This document shows, piece by piece, positions 24,691 to 37,452 of a stretch of 64,000 bases of DNA. The notes below the pieces were generated by a model, which saw nothing but the letters and a program-made list of their open reading frames with translations, had not been told where the DNA came from and did no database searches. Every line of letters starts with the position of its first letter. Position 1 is the stretch's first letter. The position numbers and the translations under genes are program-made. The DNA comes from Callorhinchus milii (Eukaryota). The DNA lies in contig NW_024704743.1 in the NCBI RefSeq assembly GCF_018977255.1, forward strand, positions 73,720,001-73,784,000. The letters run 5' to 3'.

Positions 24691-27226
24691 GTAAGTAACA
24701 CACTGCTTTTAGGAGATTTATGCGGGAATTGCTGACTGTTCATGCAGGAATTATTAACTGTTCATTAAATTGAAGTGGCTTTCAAATTGTAAATTCAAGT
24801 GCATTAAGTTGATCAGTTCTGTACTCAAACCTTAAGGTGTTCAACAATCCTTTGTTTAACCTGTTTTTTAAATCTTCCAAAAAGTTAATGGTGTGGGGAA
24901 AGGTTTTATATCTAATAAAACTATAGTAAATCTTTTATTGTGAATCTATTAAGATCTTAAAGATTTGATTCAGAGTTTGATTAAACCTAAAACTTTTCTC
25001 TTTCAAAACCTTTTTGCACAGTCAAATTTAGGCCAATAATTACTTCTTCCATGCTGCATTTAGACAAAATGTAATAACTAGGCCTTATTTTGCTTAAAAG
25101 TCTTATAATAGGAATATTTAATGTAAATGCAAGAATTTATTTTCAGTCTAGAAGAAACAGATGTTCTCAGTTTAGGTGGTACAGATATTTATATCCAGCA
25201 GCTACTGTTGTAGAGAAAAACAAACTTTATCTTCATTATAAGCACACTCTTAAGGTCATTTTAACTTGTGTCAATCGTAGTATAGGCAGATGCCTCCAGC
25301 ACTCAAATTTAGAATTCATTCAAGGATTCGCTGAATATGTCTAGACCTGCCCATTGAGATAGTGACCCAAAATCTATTAAGTATGCACAACATTGTCGCT
25401 TTTTTGATTTTGAAATTCTTTTGGTACTCCAGTGGAAGCAGGGAGGCCTGCATTGATGTTACATTGACTGCAGTAATACAAGCAAATTTACCAATTCAAA
25501 TCTGAAACCAATCTGAAACCAAGCTGGTTGAGTAAAGAGGAACTTGAAATTGGATTAACATCACATACATAATAATAATACTGCATTTGATATAATGTCT
25601 TAGTACATCATTTGAAACTTACTTCACTTTTAGCATTATTTTAACACATAAAATACATACAAAAATTGCATTGTTTGTCTGATTCAAAATTCGAAGGTAT
25701 TGAGGGTTCGTTTATTGTAACTTAGAAGAGCAGCCTAACTTGAACAGTATTCTATCACTACATAATAATGTAAAAGCTTCACAATGTTCCAGCAGAGCTC
25801 TGAATCAACATTTCCCTCCAATTATAAAAATAGAGTGAAAAGATCAATACAATCAAACCCTCAGTGTCAACCTGATATGAAATTAAATAAATAGAAACAT
25901 TGAAGCAGGAGTTCAAAAGAATATTTTGGGACGGAGGGGAGGAAGTTGGAAGAAGAAAAAAATGCCCTTTAAAGTGGATGATTCTTGTAAAATTACCTCT
26001 TAAATTAACAAATTATTTTAATCTTGGCTGTAAACTGAAGTGCTTACATTAAAACAGAGACTGATCAAGAAATAATTCTGGGAAATCTTAAACATTTATG
26101 AACAAACTCTGATAAGGTTCTCAATGGCAAGCTGTGGGGTGCCAGTTCCATCACATTGAGTTTCCAGATAATGGCTTAACACTGAGGGGAACCTGGATGC
26201 CTTAAGATTTCTGTTCACTAAACAGCTGGAATCCTGAAAGCCAGCAATGACCAGACAAAAGTCCTGAGTGCCACTATGGGAGTGGAAGAGGAGACGGGTG
26301 GGGTTGAACTCCATCACGTTCAGATACGTTTTGCATAATAAATTATCTAATATACAACTAAATTCATCTCACTATGCCTCCATCCTCCTTCAGAAGTGGA
26401 TTATTCACATTAAATATTATAACGTAATGTTAAACTACATTGTAAAAAAAAACGTTAGCTTTAACACTGAAATATTCAGCACTCCAAACGTTTCTGGCAT
26501 CATTTTTTAACAACAGAACTTTTCTACAACACCATAGTATTGAATGACCCATGTATCAAATTCACTAGTTTGTTGCGAGGTAAAATCTTTGATTTTAATA
26601 AGAAAAACTAAGGTTAATGACTAATGTTTTCTTCTGAACTTAATTAATCTTGAGATTGAAAAATTGAGACATAGGTTAGTGAGTTAGGTAACCTTTTAGC
26701 TGAATTTCTGGGCTATCTAAATAAGAGAACTAATGCAAATTAAATCTGCAAGTCGTTAAAGAAACAATTTCAGCCCTTTCATAAACATGGTTATCTTCAC
26801 CTTGCATAACCCACTGTGCATAATTAATTCTCCATAATACACTTTGATGTTCTTTCTCTCTTCCCATCCCCCATAAATATTTAGAATGTCTAAGATTTGA
26901 AAATAAACTACTTCTTGTAAGATAACTAGGTGGAAAGAATATTAAAATAATTGATCAAAGCAGTCAGCTGTGGTGTATGACAGTTTTAACCTAATTTATA
27001 ATGCTTCCAAATGTCGTAAAACATTTAATGAAAGAAGAATACAGTTACACATGAGGTATATTGACAGAAACCCGTCTGTGTCATGGTTCTCATTATACAA
27101 ATATTTATTCAGTCTTAAAACAATGCCGAGTGTAGAATTATTTCTCATTTAGGACTCGTATTTGTGTAATGGGCAGATATCTTCAAATATGTATTTTTAA
27201 TGAGTTTTTTACTTAATACATTTCAG

Positions 27227-27341
27227 AAAACGCACATATGCAAATGTGACTGAACTAAAGGAGGCAGTTTTTGATCAATATTCAACTTGGAGGAACCGGT
27301 TTGGAGTTCTGCTTTTTCTTTACTCTGTCATTTTGACAAAG
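27227..27341 (+). CDS. MINDY3: MINDY3 exon 6: KRTYANVTELKEAVFDQYSTWRNRFGVLLFLYSVILTK
   Basis: tttcag / AAG|gttagt; 115 nt; GVLLFLYSV.LTK motif. Confidence 0.97.
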
Positions 27342-27733
27342 GTTAGTCTTCTGTTCCTTAATGTTTGCAGACATCAACTATAATTATTACATCATAAATT
27401 TGACAGCAAAGGCCTGTTTTGCCTTGACTAAGATCATTAATATTGTTATGTAAAATATTTCCCTTTTAGTCCAGCCTCATGTCTAGTGAAAATTGAGAAT
27501 ATATTAGCTGTGTCGATTTTGATTCTGATAAATGCAAGATTAGAGAAAGAATCCATGCATGTGTGAAAAAATCTCACATTCTTAACCATATGCAGGCTTC
27601 CAGCAAGGCTAACTGGAGGAAAATGGAGACCCTGGATAATATTTCCACCTCTACCTTATCCAGTGCTAGTGTTAGTAGTAGCTCCCCAGCTCAGATCAAA
27701 TTGGTAATTGAACAATTGTCCATATGCCTAGGT

Positions 27734-27944
27734 CAGGGCAGTCCAACTGGCGGCATCCGGTCCGCGGGCCGATTTCATCCGCCCGCCCCCCACCCTTTCA
27801 TCTGACCTACCCACTCCCTCCATAACATAAATATGTTATGTTATATTTTTAGAAAGGAAACACAAAAATGTCACCAATGTGGCCTGTGGACGTTTCTCAA
27901 ATAGAATATCCAGCCTTCAGCAGCCAAAAGGTTGGGCAACCCTG
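27734..27944. mobile_element. hAT-Charlie-like MITE
   Basis: TIRs CAGGGCAGTCCAAC / GTTGGGCAACCCTG next to a CCTAGG-type target; TSD degenerate. Confidence 0.6.
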
Positions 27945-28151
27945 CTTTGACTAGGCCATCAGAAGTGAATGTCTTTTAAAATAAAAAATTACAACTAATC
28001 TATGTGTCCTTGCTATTGACTTCGCTGTATGAAGAGCCGATTGTATGACAAAAGATATATATTGCAGCAAGAGAGCAATATTAGAAAAAAAATTAATTTT
28101 CTCTTGCCTTACCGTATTATCATGTTTTCTGTATGTAACTTTCTTTTCTAG

Positions 28152-28225
28152 GGCATTGCAAACGTTAGAAATGAAATTGAAGATACAGCTGAACCCTTAA
28201 TCGACCCTGTATATGGTCATGGAAG
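28152..28225 (+). CDS. MINDY3: MINDY3 exon 7: GIANVRNEIEDTAEPLIDPVYGHG(S)
   Basis: ttctag / AG|gtagtt; 74 nt; EPLIDPVYGHG motif. Confidence 0.97.
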
Positions 28226-28445
28226 GTAGTTTTTCATCTGTTTTACAAATAAAGTATTTTTGGTCTGATTGATTTATAGTTCAATGTAAGAATGGATAAG
28301 ATACAATCATTTTACAAAGGAGATCTTTGTAATGTGTAGTTATATATAATTAATATATATTTTATATATAGGTGAACAAGCAGAGTTGCATATTGAGGTG
28401 GCCCTCTAACAATCATTTTAATCAGTTTCAATGCTTGATATTAGA

Positions 28446-31400
28446 CATAGAAGTACTTAGAATCGTAGAGTTATACAACACAGAAGGAGGCCATACGGTC
28501 TATCGTGTCTACCAACTCTTTAAAAGTTGTTATTGAATCGACTTCCACCACCCTTTCAGGTAACGCATTCCAGATCCAAATTCACTGTGTGAAAAAAATG
28601 CTCCTCACCTCCCCTCTGTTTCTTTTAACAACTATTTTAAATCGGTGTCCTCAGATTACCGACCCACCCGCCAGTGGAAATAGTTTCTCCTTGTTCACCC
28701 TATCAAATCCCCTCATAATTTTGAAAACTTCTATTAAGTCTCCTCTTAAGATTCTCTATGCCAAGGAGAATAATCCTAGCTTCTCTAGCCTCTCCCGATA
28801 ACTGAAGTCCCTCATTCCTGGTACCATCCTGGTAAATCTCCTTTGCACCCTCTCCACTGCCTTGACATCCTTGATATCCTTCCTAAAGTGTGGAGCCCAG
28901 AACTGAACACAGTACTCGAGCTGAGGCCTAACCAGTGTTTTATAAAGGTTCATCATAACTTCCTGACTTTTGTATTCTATGCCCCTATTTATAAAGTCTA
29001 GTATCCCGTATGCCTTTTTAACAGCTTTATCTCCCTGTTCTGCCACCTCAGAGATTTACGTATATGACCCCCTTCTCTGTTCCTTCACCCCTTTAAGATT
29101 GTACCATCAGCTTCTATTGCCTCTCCTCAATCTTCCTCCCAAAATGCATCACTTCACGTTTCTCCACATTAAACCTCATCTGCCACGTGTCGGCCCATTT
29201 TACCAGTGTGTCTATGTCCATTTGCAGTCTACTACTATCCTCCTCACTGTTTACTACTTTTCCTAGCTTAGTATCTGCAAACTTGGAAATTGTACTCCCT
29301 ATACCCAAGTCCAGGTCATTTATATAGATCAAAAACAGCAGTGGTCCTAATACTGACCCTTGGGGGACACAACTGCACACTTCCCTCCAATCAGAAAAAA
29401 AAACAACCGTTCACCACCACTCTCTGCTTTCTGTCTCCCAGCCAGTTCTGTATCCATGCTACCACAGTCCCTTTAATACTGTGATCTTCTATTTTGCTTA
29501 CAAGTCTCTTATGTGGCGCTTTATCAAACACCTTTTGAAAATCCATATCAACTACACTACCTTCATCTACCCTCTCCGTTACTTCAACAAAATATCAGGT
29601 TTGTTAGACACAATTTAACAAATCCGTGTTTGCTGTTCTTTATTAACCTATAAAATGAAAAATTATTTTGTCCCGGATTATAGTCTCTAGAAGTTTCCCC
29701 ACTACTGACTTTAGGCTGACTGGCCTGTAATTCCTGGGTTTATCTTTCTGCCCCTTTTTGTACAGGAGAGTAACATTTGCAACACTCCAGTCCTCTGGCA
29801 CCACCCCGGTGACTAAGGAGGATTGAAAGTTTGTGGCCAGAGCTTCTGTTATTTCCACCCTTATTTCCCTCAATAATCTAGGATGCATCCCGTCCAGACC
29901 GGGCGACTTATCTACTTTAAGCACCTTTAGTACCTCTTCTCGGTTTATTTTTTATCTTATCCAATTAAGATTAAGATACTGTGGCATTGGCTGAATCCTT
30001 TTCTTTTGTGAAGTCAGATGCAAAGTGCTCATTCAGTATGTCAGCCATGCCCTCTGCCTCCACAAGAAGATTTCCTCTTTGGTCCCTAATTGGACCCATT
30101 CTACCTTTCACTTACCTTTTATCCTTTTTTCCTTACAAAATACCTTAGTGTTCTCTCTTATGTTACCCACTAATCTTTTCTCATACAATCTCTTTGCCCC
30201 TCTTATTTCCTTTTTCAGTTCTCCTCTGTACTTTGTATATTCTATTTGATTATCTTCTGTATTTGGAACCTGACATTTATCATAAACTTTTTTCTGTTTT
30301 ATTTTAATCCCAATTTCCTTATTCATCGAGGGAGGTTTGGATGCCCTACCTTTTCCCCTTGTGGGAATGTTTGTGTTCTGTGCCCAAACTATCTCCTCTT
30401 CGAAGATTCCCATTAGCTATTAGTTGTTTTACCTGCCAATCTTTCTTTCCAGTCCACCTTGGCTAGGTCCCTTTTTAACTCACTGAAATTAGCCATCTTT
30501 CAGTTGAGTATCTTCACCTTTATTGTTCCTTGTCCCTTTCCATAAGTACTCTAGACCTAATGATGTTGTGATCACTGTTGTCCAGATGCTCTCCTACTGA
30601 AATCTGCTCCACTTGCCCCACTTCATTCCCCAGAACTAGATCCAGCAATGCCTCCTTTCTCGTTTGGCTGGAAACATACTTATCCAGAAAGTTATCCTGC
30701 ACACATTTCAGGAATCCTTCCCCCTCCTTACCCTTTACACTGTTATTTTGCCAGTCTATGTCAGGATAATTGAAGTCCCCCATTATCACTACTCTATTGG
30801 TCTTGCATCTTTCTGAAATCTGCTTGCAGATTTGCTCGTCTATCTCCTTGCCACTATTTGGTGGACTGTAGTATACACCCAACAGAGTAACAGCTCCTTT
30901 TCTGCTCCTTAACTCTAACCAAATAGATTGTTTTTTTGGACCCTCTAGCACATTGTCCTTTTTCCAGGGCCGTAACCGTGTCTTTAGTCAATATCGCCAC
31001 TCCCCTCCTTTTATTCCTTCCCTATTTCTCCTGAATACATTGTAGCCAGGAGTATTCAGCTCCCATTCCTGCCCTTGTTTGATCCAAGTCTCCGTTATTG
31101 CCACTACATCATAACCCCATTTGACAACTTGTGCCTGCAGCTCATCAATCATATTTGTCACACTCCTTGCATTTATTCACACGCACTCCAGGACCGGTTT
31201 AGTCCGTTCTATATTTCTCCCCAGTATAATCCCTCCTTTTTCTGGATTACTCCTTATTACATTGCTATTCATCTCTCCCAGCCCTCTATGTCACTTATTT
31301 GTCCTCTCGGATGCTACATCCAGATTCCCTTCCTTCCTCGAAATTAGTTTAAACCCTTCCCTACAGCACTAGTTAATCTCCCTGCGAGGACATTGGTCCC

Positions 31401-32430
31401 AGTCCTGTTCATATGTAACCCATCCATATTGTACAGGTTCCACCTGCTCCAGAACTGGTCCCAATGGTCCAGGAACCTGAAGCCCTCCTTTCTACATCAT
31501 TGCTCAAGCCATGCATTCATGTGTTTGATCCCACTGTTTTGATACTCACTTGCACGAAACACTGGGAGTAATCCAGAGATCCCCACCTTTGAGGTCCTAC
31601 TCTTTAGCTTTTTTCCTAGCTTCTGATATTCTCCCTGTAGGATCTCAGCCCTTTTTTTCCCTACATCATGGATCCCAACATGGACCACGACTTCTGGATG
31701 TTCCCTTTCCCCCTGTAGGACGTTTTGCACCCGTTCTGTGATGTCTTTAACTCTGACACCAGGGAGGCAACGTTCCATGTGAGAGTCACGTCTTTGGTTG
31801 CAGAAACACCTGTCTATTCCTCTCACCATTGTGTCCCCAAAGACAATTGCATTGACAGTGCTCCCTGTGTTCCCCTGTGCATCCATTTGCTTTTGACTCC
31901 TCTCCCCAGAGGTGTCATCACCCTGACTGGTATTCACTACAGAGAACCAGTTTGTGAGTGCCACACATTCAGGGGATTTCTGCACTGCCTGTCCCCTCTT
32001 CCTACCATGCCGGGTGGTCATCCACTCACGTCCTCTGAACTCTCTGTGGCTGAGGGGTGACCACCTCCTGAAACGTTTGATCGATGAACTCTTCAGCCTT
32101 CTGTATGCCATCTATGATTCCCATCTTCTCCTCGAGCTCAGAAACTCTGAGCTCAAGCTCAAGCAGCCAAAGCTTAAACTTCCTACACACATGTCTGTCC
32201 ATGGTACACAAAGCATCCTGGAGTTCCCACTTGGCACACATGCAACCAGTCTCAGCTGCCCTGCCATATTCCCAGATGTTTTATATTATTTTAATCTAAC
32301 TCATATATTTTATAATTATGCACCTCTTTCCCCCTCTGCACTGAATTCCCACTCTCACCAAATTCCTTAACAGAATTTTCACTGTTCCACCTCACTCAGT
32401 TCCCTCCTCACACTGCTGGGCTCTCTGCTC
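28446..32430 (-). mobile_element. Near full-length degenerate CR1 LINE (ORF1 zinc finger/coiled-coil/esterase; ORF2 endonuclease-RT)
   Basis: ORF1 remnants (LELRVSELE; AIVFGDTMVRG...CLPG...VVVHVG); EN (GVYYSPP, IMGDFNYP, LDLVL, SDHN); RT (PEDW..ANVT, NYRPVSL, VPQGSVLGPLLFLIYINDL, RPQLEYCVQFWAP); CR1-type 3' end. Confidence 0.96.
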
Positions 32431-32609
32431 AATTCAAGAAAGCTTATTCAAGAAAGCACCAGCTGTTGCTTTGTTCTTATGCTAATGAGAATAGCTGGAC
32501 TGTCATAGGAGTCCAACATTTCCTGACGCATGTATAATGGCCACTTGAATTAATACCAGCCTGTTCAGGTGGATGTTACACTATTTGGATGTGGAGCAGG
32601 CCAGAGCCT

Positions 32610-32900
32610 GCTGAGGGAACAGATAGGTTGATATGGGGTTAGCAGGTCACAGAGGTAGGAAGGAGCAAAGCTGTGGAGGGTTTTGAAGGCGAGGATGAGA
32701 ATTTTGAACTCTTTCCTCTGGGGGATGGGAAGCCAGTGGAACCGGGTGCGGGTGATAGGGACGGGGAGCCTGGTGCTTGAGGGAACACAAGCTGCAGAGT
32801 TCTGGATGATCTAGAGCTTATAGAAGGAAGAGTTGGGACGGCCAACAAGCAGGGAGTTGGCGTAGTCAAGCCTAGATGTAATAAATGCATGGATGAGGGT
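32610..32900 (-). mobile_element. L2 internal fragment
   Basis: Similar to the RT C-terminal region of the 46856 L2. Confidence 0.75.
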
Positions 32901-33160
32901 AGGGGTGGTTGAATAAATGCGTGCATGGTGATGGGTTTCTGCATGTATCAGACACTCAGCAGATAGCCTGCCCCCCACCCCCAGAAACACTCACCTCATG
33001 CCTTCCCAATGAGAAGATAGAAAATTTGAAATTTATAGAATTTTTTTATACATCACTATTGGCGTCATGAAATTGAAGCAGGAGCAAATTGCTGATTATT
33101 TGCTCAGCAAAGTGAAGAGAGTTTCTCTTGGTGTCCTGCAGGTGTCGAAGTAGAGAAACA

Positions 33161-33532
33161 TAATAATAATACTTTTATTTGATATAGTGCCTTATCACGT
33201 CTTTAAAACATTTCAAAGTGCTTCACAGAATATACACTAAAGTGAATTGACTGTATATTTTGTGGGCGAAATGTGGCAACCAATTGCACACAGCAGTGTC
33301 CCACAAACAGTCGTGGATTGAAGTAACCAATTTATTATTTATTTTTGGTGGAATTATTATCCCCAGAAAAGTGATCCGCCAATCGACCAACAACTGGGTT
33401 CCTACTTAACTGCTAGATAAACAGAGGCGTGTGGAGTAAGGAAACTTGGCCAACATTTTGCCCTATCGGGAATCAAACCCAGGTCTCTCGCTTGCGAGGC
33501 AAGTGCTCTAACCACTAAGCTGCAGGACTCAT
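33161..33532 (-). mobile_element. tRNA-derived SINE, long variant
   Basis: Reverse-complement of the same head and tail, with an extra ~70-bp central segment. Confidence 0.9.
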
Positions 33533-35354
33533 GTAAAACTACAGCGCAACATGGCATGAATAAAATAGTTTCTAACGATTCTTCTGTATCATAGTGTAGT
33601 TTGGGTGGATTCCGTGTTTTAACCATTGAATTAATCATTGTAACTTATAACCAGGTAAGGAATGTACAGTATAAGGGTTGAAGTAGGCTGGAATTCTACC
33701 TGAACATTTTGTAAAACTTTGAAGTTCATAAGGTATTTGGTAAGAGATCAATGACTGTCAAAGAGAGAGATTAATGATTGGCACTTCATTCTTTTGCGAG
33801 ATTCATGCGATTCAGTTCAAAATTCCTTTCCTTACCATTTTCCCAGCATTTATTGAATATGCCAAGAATTGCGGCAAATCTATTTTAATACACATCTAGC
33901 AAATGGGAAATAATTTCTGTTTGTCAGATTTTGTAAATGTTTCGCCTACAAAGTGGCTCCTCTTTGCAGTGCTTTTAAGACATCCTCCCGATGTGAAGGG
34001 TGCTATATCAAATGTAAGGATTATTACTATTGTTGTATTGTCATTGAATTAATCATTCTAACTTATAACCAGGTAAGGAATGTACAGTATAAGGGTTGAC
34101 ATCCTATGAGTAAGTATAAGTGACATCCTATCATCAAGCACTTCAGCATCTTTTGAAAACTGCCACTCTAGCCAGTCATATTTTCCTTTGGTATATTGTT
34201 GGCACTGGCTGGTTTTGTGTTTCATTCTTTTTAACACTGTGGGTTTATCTGTGTCTACTGATAATCGGGCTTCTGAGTTGCTTTCAAAATAATGGAAACC
34301 ATCTGTATGTTTGGCCATTGATGTCTCCAAGCATAGTAATCTGAAACCTTCAATATGTAAATAAAATCTGGGACTTTTGTCTCATATGATGTGTGAAAAG
34401 AATTTTGCACTTATTTAGGTGAAGACCTCACTGATTTTTAGCCTATGGGGCACATGGTTAAGTGCTGAATTGAGGAAATTGCATGAAAACAATGTTTCAT
34501 GTAAGCCCTTGTTCTCTGTAATCCTCCCTAATGCTGCAGGCAATTTAGAAATGTAGTGTGGTGCACTGACCCTAATTTAAAATAATTTAATTTAATTTAA
34601 ACTTTTATGAATCAACCAAATTCCCTGAATTTGCAGTATCCTGCTTTAAGAAAATTCTTACTGGAATTTTTATTAAACTTGGTGGGTCCCTCTATCAGAC
34701 TTGTGGTTCCAATTGGAAATGGTATGCGTTTGGCCTTAATTCTTGCAGTTTTAACAGTTTAAACAGTCTGAAGGTCAGCAGGATTTCTATGGCTTTTTAA
34801 TTGGGCTCTTATATTTGCCAGCTTGCAGTTTGTCCAGTGTGCCTAAACTCAGCAGGATGACAGTTGGTGAAATACAAAGCTACAATATCTTGTGGACACA
34901 TATTCCCAGCTCATTCTAGTCTGAGTGTCCGCTGCCCGTCCCTTCCACACTGCACTTCAAAATGTTTCCTCCTATGCAAACAAAGCTCCATCCAACCAGA
35001 GCCTTTTTTTTAGACAAACACCTTAAGGTTCTGGGTCTCAATGAAGTCTGGCTCACCCACAGAAACTTATTCTAGCTCAGTGAAACACCCGCACCCTATC
35101 CCTTCCCCCCCACCCCAACATCATCACCTAACTCTAACCTGCCCTTCCTCTCCATGTGCTACAATGTTGTCGTCATGTTCTGACCAAATCTGCTTTCTTC
35201 CATCCACGCAATATTGCCAGCCTCTGCTACTACCTCACCCTCATCTCAGCCAGTAGCCTCAACCATACCTTTATCAGACTCAATTTTTCCAACATTTGAT
35301 GCTTTTGATGTCTGAATTTATGCATTGAGTATTTACTTTCTGTTTGTCCTTTAG

Positions 35355-35434
35355 CCAAAGCCTGATCAATTTGCTGCTGACTGGATATGCAGTCCTGAAT
35401 GTATGGGACGGAGACAGGGAATGCTCTGGAATGA
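35355..35434 (+). CDS. MINDY3: MINDY3 exon 8: QSLINLLLTGYAVLNVWDGDRECSGM
   Basis: ctttag / A|gtaagt; 80 nt. Confidence 0.97.
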
Positions 35435-36594
35435 GTAAGTTATTGTGATTTTAAATTATCTGAAACTTCTAAGTGGTTGTCGTCATGGGAAATGCTTTTA
35501 AAAATAAATCAAAATAATTAATGTACCTTAATGTTTGATTGTCTTTAGTCGGATTGTGGCTGACAGTAGTTGAAAGGAATACGATTACCAAAGGAATTTG
35601 AGCACTAACAGCAATTTCTGAGTTGTCCCAATGTAAAAGAAATTAATGAAGCCTTAATTAATGGAATTAAAACCTTCTCAGTGGCTAAGTAATGTAAGTG
35701 AACTGTATGGCATGACTGAACTCACCAGATTTAGATGGTCTGGTGTGTTTGCTAGGAACATGTAAGAAAGAAAACTGGATAATTAATATGCTGCTGGTAT
35801 AACTTGCTTTGAAATATCCCTTCATATCAGTAATATTAAAGCTACTCTTTATTGGTCACTTCAATCCATGACTGCTTGTGGGACACTGTTGTGCGCAATT
35901 GGCTACACGAAATATACAGTCAATTCACTTTACAGTATATTCTGTAAAGCAGATTGAGACATCTCAAAGATGTGATAAGGCATTATATCAAATGTAAGGA
36001 TTATTATTGTGCTCTAGGTGGCAGTAGATGCTATTTTGCAATTCAAGTGCTGTTCAAGAGCATTATACTACTGTATTTTTTATTCAGTCTCTCTGCCTTA
36101 GTCTGCTTGTTGCCTTATCAAATGTGGTTGACCAAGTTCTACTATATAAGTGTCTTCATAAAATTACTTCTTAAGAATAAGCATTTAACCTTGCTTATTT
36201 CTCTGCATGGTGTTGATACTAAGCGATTTGGTGCCCTATTGCATTGTAGTATGGAATTTTTGTGCTCTATGCAGTTTCAGCTCATTTCATGTAGTGGGTT
36301 GTAAAAATCCACCTGATGAATCTTATTCGTGTGGGTGGGTGGTTGGAGGAGAATTTATGGAGTTCACTCTTGCTTGAGGCTAATTCCAGAATTGCATTGC
36401 CAAAAAAATTTCATGGGGCTTCCTTAACATTAAAAACAACTTTCATGATTAGTAATCATCATTCATTTCGTATTAATGTTCATAAAATTGAAGCTGTTAT
36501 ACCTGCAATTATAAATGTTTGAGCTGCTGTACAGATCGCAGGAATCTTTGCTTATGTGAGGTATCGATACTTAGACTTATGTAGTCTATACTGA

Positions 36595-36895
36595 CACTCC
36601 AATGCAGTGCTGGCTGTGTACTGCATTATTGGTGGTGCTGTCTTTTGTTCGAGATATAAGCCAAAGTCTCATCTGCCTGTTCAAATGGATATTAAAGATC
36701 CACGACACTATTTAAAAAGGGAAGGGAGTTTCTACTGGTATCCAGGCCAAGGATTCATAGCTGTTTGTGGGATATTGCTGTGCACAAATTGACTGCCACA
36801 TTCGCTCACAAAATAGTCACGACGCTTTAAGTATGTCATGCAAAGCACTTTGAGATGTTGGGTAAGGCACTGTAGTAAATTTAAGGAGTATTATT
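36595..36895 (+). mobile_element. Deu-domain SINE
   Basis: ctgcctgttcaaatggatattaaagatccacgacactatttaaaaagg core plus tail. Confidence 0.75.
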
Positions 36896-36955
36896 TTTTG
36901 TGAGCTAAGCCCTTAGTTAGATTTAGAAAATTGTTTAAACCCATTTGTAACACAC

Positions 36956-37182
36956 ACAGAAGTCGCTGGGAACACTGAGCAGGTCAGACAGCATCTATGG
37001 AGAAAGGAAAGTGAGTCAACGTTTTGGATCCACGACCCTTTGTCAGAACCGCTCTGACAATGGGTCGTGGATCCAAAACGTTGACTCACTTTCCTTTCTC
37101 CATAGATGCTGTCTGACCTGCTGAGTGTTCCCAGCGACTTCTGTTTTTGTTTCAGATTCCTAGCATCTACAGTATATTGCGT
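36956..37182. mobile_element. Penelope-type palindromic non-autonomous element with decayed minimal hammerhead cores
   Basis: 92-bp inverted arms (36956-37047 / 37053-37144), 15-bp TSD tttgtaacacacaca, CTGACAA...CAAAAC cores. Confidence 0.8.
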
Positions 37183-37381
37183 TTTGTAACACACACATCT
37201 TGTTTAAGTAACGTGACTTATGATAATAGCATAATTTTAGGAGTAATCTTTCTAATTAGATATTAGCTTGTAAAAAATATTAATGTCAGGATTTTATAAC
37301 CTATCGTGTCCATACTCTTTTTCTTTGACTTTGAAAACTTGTGTAATGCCAGTGCTGAGTCCTATAATTGCTTTGTTTCAG

Positions 37382-37452
37382 AACTCCACGGTATAAGAAA
37401 TCAAGCTACTGTAGGTTTTCTCACGTTAATGGAGTCTCTGCGATATTGTAAG
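37382..37452 (+). CDS. MINDY3: MINDY3 exon 9: (K)LHGIRNQATVGFLTLMESLRYCK
   Basis: tttcag / AAG|gtaagc; 71 nt. Confidence 0.97.

Noticed and set aside
37020..37085. Active hammerhead ribozyme or pre-miRNA gene
   Set aside because: Core Gs are mutated (CTGACAA, CAAAAC); the hairpin is explained by a TSD-flanked mobile element.
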